Shown here: in pieces, positions 8,683-16,943 of the stretch | How the letters are laid out: each line of letters opens with the position of its first letter | Numbering within the stretch: position 1 is the stretch's first letter | Source: a virus | DNA length: 64,000 nucleotides | IMG/VR virus record: IMGVR_UViG_3300042377_000625 | Coordinates: 1-64,000 of that record | Reading direction: 5' to 3' (one strand) | The notes under the pieces: model-generated | Databases searched by the model: none | What the model saw: only the letters and a program-made list of their open reading frames with translations | What the model was told of the DNA's origin: nothing | Position numbers and translations under genes: made by a program

Positions 8683-8712
8683 TCGGAAACGTCCGAAGAA
8701 GTTCTTTGACAT
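8683..8712 (+). promoter_or_regulatory. rrn-like boxB hairpin plus boxA antitermination element
   Basis: TCGGA-AACG-TCCGA hairpin then AGTTCTTTGACAT. A matching AGTTCTTTAACAT precedes the tmRNA on the minus strand. Confidence 0.55.
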
Positions 8713-8723
8713 ATTATTATCCA

Positions 8724-9562
8724 TTATAACACTTCGGTGTTGTATAAACGATAATCGGCCGTATATGGTCGTTAAATAAACCTCGAAAGGGGGATAAAGT
8801 GAAATCATAAGTGTTAATGGTTTTGCGGTTCGGGTAACCGAACTCGAGTATACAAGTGGGATATCAGTGAGCCTGTAGTACCGAGGATAACTTCGTAGGG
8901 AAATGGAAAACTGAACGGGCAATGTGGATTGTCAGTTTGAGGTGGGAACACCAATAAGAATAACCCATAGGAATCAAGTGAGAAGTGTACTCCAAATACA
9001 CAATTGCGGGTTCCAATATAAGAGGTGACTTAAAACCGAAGGGATTAACCTGAAGGTAAGATAGAGAACGAATGGTGTCGCTACTATCCTTACCACAGAC
9101 CCACCAAGGTCTTGGTACGAAGTAATCTTAAAATATGAGAGTGGGGACACTCTACCGAGTAGACAAGTATCTTGTTGTTCAAAAGATAACGAGGCTTAAG
9201 ACGGACCTCTACTTGGAATCATCCACAACACAAAACTTATACTAAATTTAAGTAAAACTAAAAGACATATAAGCAAAAGTGTTCGTCAGGTTTTGATGAA
9301 AGTCGCCTACATAGTCATGAGTTGTTCATGGCATACTGAGACCGCAAGTCGATGTATATTGTTACCAAAAACCTCCAAGGAGTCGAATCCTGAGTCAGTT
9401 CGCAAGATTGAAGAGAGTAGAGTAGTAATAGAGTAGTTAAAACCTTAAGGAGTGATTGGTCTAACCAATCGGCGATGAGAGTTACCATTCAAAAGATGGT
9501 GGAAATGAAGGGAACCAAATAATCCTTCTAAAGATTCTCACAAAACGGTGTATTCTCAGCCT
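8724..9562 (+). ncRNA. GOLLD-like giant structured non-coding RNA
   Basis: About 840 nt with no credible ORF and higher GC. Dense hairpins with GNRA/UUCG loops and two UCAAAAG loops; A-rich linker (~9230-9270) between two domains; 3' domain GCAAAAG...UAUUCUCAGCC. Family assigned from recalled features; boundaries approximate. Confidence 0.65.
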
Positions 9563-9569
9563 TTAGCCA

Positions 9570-9977
9570 ACCAAAACTATGAAAACAGTGACTCCAATAC
9601 AGAGAAAAGAGGTAATTACGGTATATTCCTCAAGGTAATGAGTTTAAACTTTCCCTTAAAAAAGTCCCATAGAGTGTGTGTTTTTGGTTTTATACTATGT
9701 TACAACCTTTATCTGCTCTGATTGATAAATACAAAAAACTAGTGTGTTTGTGTCAAGACAAGACATCTTCGCTAAAAGATAAAAAACGTCAACACCGATA
9801 TTCTTAGGTTGTGGATTTTTGTGATAACCACAGGTTTTTTATAGGTGTCTAAATAAGTAAAAAACCAAAAAACATAGACGTTTAGGTCGCGGATATTCAC
9901 CTCACGATAGAAGGTCCCATTCGGTGTCACAAACTGATGGAGTGGTTAAGGTTGTACCACTGAGTAAAAAGCCCAAC
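9570..9977 (+). ncRNA. unassigned structured non-coding region (possible second RNA or GOLLD 3' extension)
   Basis: Long-range pairing 9678-9695 with 9858-9874, nested stems ACACC/GGTGT and TGTGG/CCACA, and hairpins at ~9917-9940 and 9941-9961. Only a 19-codon ORF (9579-9638). Confidence 0.4.
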
Positions 9978-10010
9978 GGGAATAACATGACGATGTTATT
10001 CCCTTTTTTT
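9978..10010 (+). terminator. intrinsic terminator closing the ncRNA transcript
   Basis: GGGAATAACAT-GACG-ATGTTATTCCC followed by T7. Confidence 0.85.
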
Positions 10011-10061
10011 ATGCACTAAAATATAATAATCATACAACACTAATCTATAATTTTAACGCAT

Positions 10062-10089
10062 AAAAAAACCCCATCCGAAGATGAGGTTT
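10062..10089 (-). terminator. tmRNA terminator
   Basis: Minus strand AAACCTCATC-TTCG-GATGGGGTTT followed by a T run. Confidence 0.75.
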
Positions 10090-10095
10090 AATGAG

Positions 10096-10481
10096 TGGAG
10101 GTAGAGGGGTTCGAACCCTCGTGTTGTACACCTTACCTATTAAGGACTACACGCTTAGGATAACATTTTCTAATGTTCCAAAAATAGTTAGTTCGTTCTT
10201 CACCATCGTAAACTAACAACCAATGGATGACTCGATTTTGGGTTCAGTCATTTTTCCACCTTTGTATAGACTTCTGTTCCTAGGTTGTATGTCCACCGAC
10301 CCGTATGGTGTTTCCTATATGTTAGGCAACAACCGCAGCTTCTTCACGGATTAATCCGATGGTCGCCATTTTGTCTAAAACGTTTCCGTTTACAGTTTAC
10401 ATCCGTAGATTTAAGTGATAGGATACATCTCACTGCGTGCCCCGAATAACTAACAATGCCAGTCAATTCCAAGTTACCCCC
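10096..10481 (-). ncRNA. ssrA: tmRNA
   Basis: 5' GGGGGUA pairs with 3' UACCUCC-A, giving the G3:U alanine determinant. T-arm GAGGG-UUCGAAC-CCCUC; 5' GGAAUUGAC motif. Tag ORF 10387-10322 = GNVLDKMATIGLIREEAAVVA* after UAAAC. CCA is not encoded. Confidence 0.93.
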
Positions 10482-10483
10482 AT

Positions 10484-10515
10484 ATGTTAAAGAACTTATT
10501 TCTTTTACAAAGATA
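10484..10515 (-). promoter_or_regulatory. tmRNA promoter (-7 TATCTTTG) and boxA-like element
   Basis: Minus strand reads TATCTTTG...AGTTCTTTAACAT immediately 5' of the mature tmRNA. Confidence 0.65.
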
Positions 10516-10569
10516 GTAAAGTTTTACCAATTACCAAACTATTTTATATTTATATGTAAATAAATATTT

Positions 10570-11934
10570 GTGGAGGAATCAAAAAACGCTAAGATAATAT
10601 TTGAGAACGAGTATGTCGTATTGGTACAGGTGTTCAATAAGAACGCAGCGACCTATTACGGACCCCCCAAGGTTACTGAATTGTATGACCGAGATTTTAG
10701 TCATGGTGATTTATATTTTGCCGTGAGTAAATACAATCCTGGCCCTGAGTATATATACACACTATACAAACCTACCGATGGTGAGCTTGAATATTATTCA
10801 GGTATCGAATTAAAACTTGAAAGTTACGACAACATCACATTTAAGTATCCGTACCTAAAACCCTACGTCCAAGATATTATGGGGAATAGTGAGATATACG
10901 ATTTATTATTAAAAATTAAAAACGGTCAAAAGGTTAATAACTGGGATGCTAATAGATTTGACCCAATTGTATATGATATTAAGTTTAATGAACAAACACC
11001 TGGTAAAAGTAGAGTTAAATTAAAGTTTGATGATTATGAGGATTATTGGAAATTATTTGAGTTAACTGAAGGAGATATTTGGTTTGGAAATTACGTATAT
11101 TCTAATTATGATTCCTACCAATTTGAAAGTGAAGATTTCGCTGATGAGGATTGGAAACAGGGTTATTTGTTACGGGAATTAAATGACGAAAACCAAATTA
11201 AACTAAAAGAAATTTTAAAATTATTATCGCCAGAACTATCTCAGTTACGAAATGATGAAGAATGGGAAAAAGCGTCTAATTTACTATTATCAACATTTGA
11301 ACGTGAATGTGAGGGAATTAAATCTGAATGGTTGTCAGAAAAAAATAACTGTAAAGAACGAGGTGCCCGTAAGATGATTGAAGACGACTGTTGTAATTTC
11401 TTCCAAAATTATGGAATATTCAATATGGGTAATTGTTTTTATAGTTATGTGACAACAGTGTCGGTATTATTATCTTTATATAAAATGGTTGATGAAAGAC
11501 ATTTCACGGTTAGTGAGGTTTTAAGTGATATTGGTCATAAATCAGGAAATCTTGGTGGATGGGAAGAATATTCTTATGAACAGGATTGTATTGATTTTGA
11601 TGATGAATCGTTCAATCGTAGTTGTGGTTGGCAATTAGATAAGATGTTTACTAAACTTGAGGATTCTGACGAATTTGAGGATATTAAAAAATTCTCAGAT
11701 AATGCTTCGAAAATTTTAAGTAAGTACGACATGGAAACTAATTACAAATTACCCAAAGACGAAACAAAAACATTTAGTATAATTAAAATGGACCCAAAAA
11801 CTAATAAAGTCCATGTTGTTGTTTCAGTTAAGAATTCATATCAAGGCGAACAAAGAAGTTATGATTTTGAAGATTTTGACCAATTTTTACATCATCCCGA
11901 ATTATTTGAAAATAGATTTGTCAAAGTAAAGTAA
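10570..11934 (+). CDS. hypothetical protein
   Basis: 454-aa acidic ORF, preceded by TATTTAT. Confidence 0.75.
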   Translation: MEESKNAKIIFENEYVVLVQVFNKNAATYYGPPKVTELYDRDFSHGDLYFAVSKYNPGPEYIYTLYKPTDGELEYYSGIELKLESYDNITFKYPYLKPYVQDIMGNSEIYDLLLKIKNGQKVNNWDANRFDPIVYDIKFNEQTPGKSRVKLKFDDYEDYWKLFELTEGDIWFGNYVYSNYDSYQFESEDFADEDWKQGYLLRELNDENQIKLKEILKLLSPELSQLRNDEEWEKASNLLLSTFERECEGIKSEWLSEKNNCKERGARKMIEDDCCNFFQNYGIFNMGNCFYSYVTTVSVLLSLYKMVDERHFTVSEVLSDIGHKSGNLGGWEEYSYEQDCIDFDDESFNRSCGWQLDKMFTKLEDSDEFEDIKKFSDNASKILSKYDMETNYKLPKDETKTFSIIKMDPKTNKVHVVVSVKNSYQGEQRSYDFEDFDQFLHHPELFENRFVKVK

Positions 11935-11952
11935 TTTACTTATCTTTGGCCT

Positions 11953-12783
11953 ATGGAAAGAAACTATCAATTACTAAAGGACGTTTTGTCGGTCCCAACA
12001 AAGACATATAAGGAAGACCGAATGATTGAGTTTTTAGTTAATTGGTTAACCGAAAACCAAATACCATTTCAGGTAGACGAACATCGAAACATTTATGCTA
12101 CTAAGACATCTCAGGATATTACTGAAGATTTCTATTTCCCGTGTGTTATTGCTCATACTGATACCGTACATCAATTAGACGTAATTAACGTTAGAGAAAT
12201 GGAATTACCTAACGCTCAGGGAGTAATTAAACCATCATTAAAAGCATTCAACGATTTTGGTGAACCAACAGGAATTGGTGGTGATGATAAATGCGGTGTT
12301 TACGCATGTTTAGAATTATTAAAAGAATTACCAAATCTTAAAGCCGCATTCTTTGTTTCAGAAGAAACAGGTTGCCACGGTTCAAAACAAGCGGATAAAA
12401 ATTTCTTCGAGAATGTTGGATACGGAATTCAATTTGATGCTCCTGAAAACTGGATGGTTAGTGAGTTCTGTATGGGAGTTCAATTATTTGGTAGAGAAAC
12501 CGAGTTCTTTAAATCATGTGATGAGGTTTTAACAGAAACATTCAATCCTGATAGAAAATATCAATCTCACCCATACACAGACGTGTACGCTTTGAAGAAC
12601 ACATTTGACTTCTCATGTATTAACTTCTCGATTGGGTACTACGACTACCACACTAGAGAAGAATACGTTGTAATCGAAGATGTTTATAATGGAATCAAAA
12701 CGGGTAAAGAATTAATTGAGAAATTGGGTAATGTGAAATACCCATTCAAATCGAAACCACGATACAGTTATTTATTTGACTAA
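11953..12783 (+). CDS. zinc metallopeptidase (M20/M28/M42 clan MH)
   Basis: AHTDTV, GGDDKCG, SEETGCHGS and YYDYHT motifs. Confidence 0.85.
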   Translation: MERNYQLLKDVLSVPTKTYKEDRMIEFLVNWLTENQIPFQVDEHRNIYATKTSQDITEDFYFPCVIAHTDTVHQLDVINVREMELPNAQGVIKPSLKAFNDFGEPTGIGGDDKCGVYACLELLKELPNLKAAFFVSEETGCHGSKQADKNFFENVGYGIQFDAPENWMVSEFCMGVQLFGRETEFFKSCDEVLTETFNPDRKYQSHPYTDVYALKNTFDFSCINFSIGYYDYHTREEYVVIEDVYNGIKTGKELIEKLGNVKYPFKSKPRYSYLFD

Positions 12784-12845
12784 TAAAAAACCCCTCCGTA
12801 AGGTGGGGTTATTTTTTGCTTATTAATGAACATAAAAAAAGGGGG

Positions 12846-14888
12846 TTATTCAACCCCTTTTCTTTTTCTTGTGACTTTCTTTTCCTCTTTAAACTTAACA
12901 TCACCATTTTCACTTATTAACGTGTACTCAGTATTCTCTTGAATGTTACTCTTAAGAACCTCTTCAGATATAAAATCTTCAACTTTATCCTGAATAGCTC
13001 TTTTCAATGGACGAGCACCATACATTTCATCAAACCCAACCTCAGAAATCATATCTAAAATAGAATCGTCAAATTTAATATTATATTTAAGACCTGTCAA
13101 TCTTTCAGATAAAATACTCAACTCAAGCTTAACAATTTTTTTAACATCTTCTTTCACTAGTGAATTAAAAATAATAACCTCATCAATACGGTTTAAAAAT
13201 TCAGGGGCGAAAAACTTCTTAAGTTCCTTCTTCAAAACTTCTCTTTTTTGTTCTTCTTCAACGTAAGAACTCGAGTTAGTTTTAAATCCTACACCCGCAC
13301 CAAACTCCTGTAGTTTTTTAACTCCAACGTTTGATGTCATGATAATGACACAGTTTTTGAAGTTAATTTTTCTTCCCATACCATCTGTAAGGTGACCGTC
13401 ATCCAACACTTGTAATAATGTTGAAAATATGTCTTTGTTTGCCTTTTCAATCTCATCAAATAAAATTACTGAGTAAGGTTTGTTTTTAACTTGTTCAGTT
13501 AATTGACCACCTTCGTCATAACCTACATATCCTGGAGGGGCTCCAATTAATCTTGAGATACTATGTTTTTCTTGGTATTCAGACATGTCCACACGAATCA
13601 TATTCTCCTCACTACCAAACATTTGTTTTGCCAATTGTTTTGCTAAGTAAGTTTTACCTACACCTGTTGAACCAAGGAAAATAAATGAACCAATTGGTTT
13701 ATTAGGGTCTTTAATACCTAATCTGTTTCGTCTGATTGACTTAGCAATTTTCATAACCGCTTCAGATTGGCCAATTACTTTGTCAGATAAACTACCCTCT
13801 AATTGAGATAGTAACATCGTCTCATTAGCATTCAATTTACTAATAGGAATTTTAGTCATGTTTGAAACGACCTCATAAACCAATTCGATAGAAACTTCTT
13901 TTTTCTTAATCTGAAGTTCCTCCTCAAATTTTTTCTTCTCAATATCTAATTTATTGAGAATACGTTTTTCCTTGTCACGTAGATTTGCCGCCTCTTCGTA
14001 ATTTTGTTTTTTAACAACCTCAAGTTTTTCAATTTTAACGTCGGCAGCTTCTTGTTTTAATTTTTCAATAATGTCAGGCATTTTAATCTCAACTTGACAT
14101 CTCGCACCTACCTCATCAATAATGTCGAATGCCTTATCAGGAAACTCTCTGTCGGTGATATATCTTGCCGCCAAATCAACACATACTGAAAGTATTTCAT
14201 CAGTATAAGATACCTTGTGGAATGATTCGTATTTATCTTTAACATTCTTAAGAATCTCCAAAGTCTCTTCTTTAGTCGCCGCGTCAACAATTACCTTTTG
14301 AAAACGTCTTTCTAATGCTCCGTCTTTCTCAAAGTTCTTACGATACTCATCAAGAGTTGTTGCACCAACACATTGAATTTCTCCACGGGCAAGTGCTGGT
14401 TTGAAGATGTTTGATGCGTCTAACGAACCTGATGAATTACCTGCACCAACTATTGTGTGAATTTCGTCAATAAAGACAATGATATTTGGTGCGTTTTGTA
14501 ACTCCTCGATAATTACTTTCATACGTTCCTCAAACTGACCACGGTATTTTGTACCCGCAACAATCGATGTCATGTCTAACGAAACAATTCTTTTATCCAT
14601 TAAATTTCTTGGACATTCACCGTTAAAAATTTTAATTGCTAATCCTTCTACGATTGCGGTTTTACCACAACCAGGTTCACCAATAATAATAGGGTTATTT
14701 TTCTTTCTACGAGAAAGGATTTGAGCAATCCTTGTAATTTCTCTTTCTCTACCAACAACAGGGTCTAATTTACCTTGTTCGGCCAATTTGATTAAATCTC
14801 GGCTGAAGTTATCCAACACAGGTGTTGATGAGTCAGATGTTGATTTAGGTGGGTTATTCTTTCCCCCATTATCCATGGATTCTATCAT
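12846..14888 (-). CDS. clpC: ClpC/ClpB-family AAA+ ATPase lacking the N-terminal repeat domain
   Basis: Two NBDs (GEPGCGKT, FIDEIH; GSTGVGKT, LFDEIEK), UVR-type middle coil (QNYEEAANLRDKE), GVGF ClpP-docking-like loop and GARPLKR. Confidence 0.88.
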   Translation of the reverse strand: MIESMDNGGKNNPPKSTSDSSTPVLDNFSRDLIKLAEQGKLDPVVGREREITRIAQILSRRKKNNPIIIGEPGCGKTAIVEGLAIKIFNGECPRNLMDKRIVSLDMTSIVAGTKYRGQFEERMKVIIEELQNAPNIIVFIDEIHTIVGAGNSSGSLDASNIFKPALARGEIQCVGATTLDEYRKNFEKDGALERRFQKVIVDAATKEETLEILKNVKDKYESFHKVSYTDEILSVCVDLAARYITDREFPDKAFDIIDEVGARCQVEIKMPDIIEKLKQEAADVKIEKLEVVKKQNYEEAANLRDKEKRILNKLDIEKKKFEEELQIKKKEVSIELVYEVVSNMTKIPISKLNANETMLLSQLEGSLSDKVIGQSEAVMKIAKSIRRNRLGIKDPNKPIGSFIFLGSTGVGKTYLAKQLAKQMFGSEENMIRVDMSEYQEKHSISRLIGAPPGYVGYDEGGQLTEQVKNKPYSVILFDEIEKANKDIFSTLLQVLDDGHLTDGMGRKINFKNCVIIMTSNVGVKKLQEFGAGVGFKTNSSSYVEEEQKREVLKKELKKFFAPEFLNRIDEVIIFNSLVKEDVKKIVKLELSILSERLTGLKYNIKFDDSILDMISEVGFDEMYGARPLKRAIQDKVEDFISEEVLKSNIQENTEYTLISENGDVKFKEEKKVTRKRKGVE

Positions 14889-14999
14889 ATTTTGTTTTTT
14901 AGTTAATTATAAGGATTAATTTTGTATTTTCAACAACAGGTACAAAGGTAAGTAAAATATCTAAATTAAAAAATTTAATTTTTGGTTATATTTATGAAT

Positions 15000-15335
15000 A
15001 TGATAAAACACTACACCAAATATATTGAGACCTTAGGTGCTGATAAAGATATCTTAGAAACATATAGAAATCTTAGACAATCATTCCAAAGAGAAGGTTG
15101 GTCCGAAAAGGATTTGGAGAAACCACCATATTATCCCCAAGATATTATGAGAAACTTCCAAAGGTTTAGTAGTTTACATTCAAAATTATTCCAAGAACTA
15201 AAAAGTTTTTTCCCTGATGTTGACCACAATGAGTTTGTTGATTATCTTAAAGGTAAATTACAAATAATAGATTCAGAAACACCTTTACAAAATGGCAGTA
15301 AAAAAAGAAGAGATAATCGGGACGAAGATTATTAA
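15000..15335 (+). CDS. hypothetical protein
   Basis: ORF follows TATTTAT at 14989; start could be 14994. Confidence 0.6.
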   Translation: MIKHYTKYIETLGADKDILETYRNLRQSFQREGWSEKDLEKPPYYPQDIMRNFQRFSSLHSKLFQELKSFFPDVDHNEFVDYLKGKLQIIDSETPLQNGSKKRRDNRDEDY

Positions 15336-15534
15336 CGAGATAGATTCAAGTAACTTAGTAAAAACTGAGTATGATACCGAAACCAAATTAATGGTGGTGG
15401 AATTTAAAAACGGTATGAAATACCAATATGACGCGGTTCCTCATGAGGTTTACACTAGATTTAGAATGAATGAGTCTCAAGGTAAATTCTTTAACACAGA
15501 AATCTCTAAAAAATTCAAATATACTAAACTTTAA
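15292..15534 (+). CDS. KTSC-domain protein
   Basis: IDSSNL...YD...VEFKNG..YQY..VP...ESQGKFFN. Confidence 0.88.
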   Translation: MAVKKEEIIGTKIINEIDSSNLVKTEYDTETKLMVVEFKNGMKYQYDAVPHEVYTRFRMNESQGKFFNTEISKKFKYTKL

Positions 15535-15564
15535 TTATTATCAATACTCGACTATTTATTAGTA

Positions 15565-16860
15565 ATGAGTGATTTAAAAAGTATATTAACTAGTTTTCAC
15601 GTACAAGACGAATTAAATCCTAAGATTTGGGATGGGTCAATGGAAAAGATGTCACCTAAAGTTAGGTCACGTCTACTTGAGATTGCTTATGAGTTTATAG
15701 AATTTTTAAACGTTGATATTTTTGTGTCAGACGTTATAATGACAGGTTCATTAGCCAATTATAACTGGTCAAAATTTTCAGACATTGATTTACACATCTT
15801 AGTTGACTTTAATCAATTCTCAAAAACTGAATTACCTTTATACGAAGAATTATTCCAATTAAAAAAAACCATATATAACGACAAACACGATATCACCATC
15901 TACGGATATGAAGTTGAGTTATATGTTCAAAATGAAATTGAGTCTCACTTTAGTAGTGGAGTGTATTCTGTTTTATTTGATACATGGGAAAATGAACCTA
16001 AAAAAGAAAATGTTAAAATTGACCTTGAACTGATTAAAAACAAATCAAAACAATGGATGGACATTATTGACGGTGTTATTGAAAGTGTTAAGGATGAATC
16101 TATTGATGACACTAAAAAAATTATCGACAAGTATAAGAAAAAACTTAAAAAATATAGAACTTGCGGATTAGAAGAAGGTGGAGAATATTCTGATGAAAAC
16201 TTAGTATTTAAAGTATTGAGAAGAAATGGATATATTGAAAAATTATATCAATATCAAGATAATCGTATTGATAAAGAATTATCCTTGAAAGAATCTACAA
16301 CAACTATTGGTGGTAATTTTAAAACTGATTTAGAGAACGGTCCAAAAAATCATGGTAGTAGAAAATTAGGTAATTGGCAATCAGATAATGCTTGGGATAT
16401 TTTTGCCCCTCCGAATACAGTTGTTAATTCATATACTAACGGTACTGTAACTAAAATAAGAGATACTGGTAAAAATTCTGGAAAAATTTATGGAACACAA
16501 GTATCGATTAAAGGGTCTGACGGATTTCCTGATATTTTTTACACTCACGTTAAAAATGTAAAATTAAAGAACGGAGATACAATTAAAGTTGGTGATTACA
16601 TTGGAGTTGTTTCTGAATGGGTTGGACATGACACAATGACTCATGTGCACATAGGATTACCTTATGGGGAACATATTAGAGAATTGTTAAAAAATTCTGG
16701 AAAAATTTTCACTAATAAATTGGGTACTGATTATAAAGATGATAGTAATAATGACGAAACTGATTACGACGAGACTGTTATCACCAAAGGTATCGAAGGA
16801 AGTAATAAAGAAGTTAGTAATTGGTTAGAACCATTATTATCGACATTAGGATTTAAATAA
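15565..16860 (+). CDS. nucleotidyltransferase (Pol-beta superfamily) fused to an M23 peptidase domain
   Basis: TGSLANYNW..SDIDLH in the N-terminal part; AWDIF...FYTHV...GDYIG...HVHIG in the C-terminal part. Confidence 0.75.
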   Translation: MSDLKSILTSFHVQDELNPKIWDGSMEKMSPKVRSRLLEIAYEFIEFLNVDIFVSDVIMTGSLANYNWSKFSDIDLHILVDFNQFSKTELPLYEELFQLKKTIYNDKHDITIYGYEVELYVQNEIESHFSSGVYSVLFDTWENEPKKENVKIDLELIKNKSKQWMDIIDGVIESVKDESIDDTKKIIDKYKKKLKKYRTCGLEEGGEYSDENLVFKVLRRNGYIEKLYQYQDNRIDKELSLKESTTTIGGNFKTDLENGPKNHGSRKLGNWQSDNAWDIFAPPNTVVNSYTNGTVTKIRDTGKNSGKIYGTQVSIKGSDGFPDIFYTHVKNVKLKNGDTIKVGDYIGVVSEWVGHDTMTHVHIGLPYGEHIRELLKNSGKIFTNKLGTDYKDDSNNDETDYDETVITKGIEGSNKEVSNWLEPLLSTLGFK

Positions 16861-16943
16861 ATGATTCAATTACGTTAGAACGATAACATTTTTGATTCTG
16901 AATATATTTATATATAAAATAATTTTAAAAAAAAAACAAAATA

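Noticed and set aside
8665-8922. 85-aa minus-strand ORF
   Set aside because: It is antisense to the structured RNA and its promoter, with atypical composition.
8724-9562. rRNA fragment or group I/II intron
   Set aside because: No conserved rRNA signature, no group I core or group II domain V recognised, and no interrupted host gene.
10096-10125. tRNA gene
   Set aside because: The T-arm and acceptor half pair with sequence about 380 nm away in the 5' direction by position (10475-10481) and enclose a tag ORF, so this is a tmRNA.
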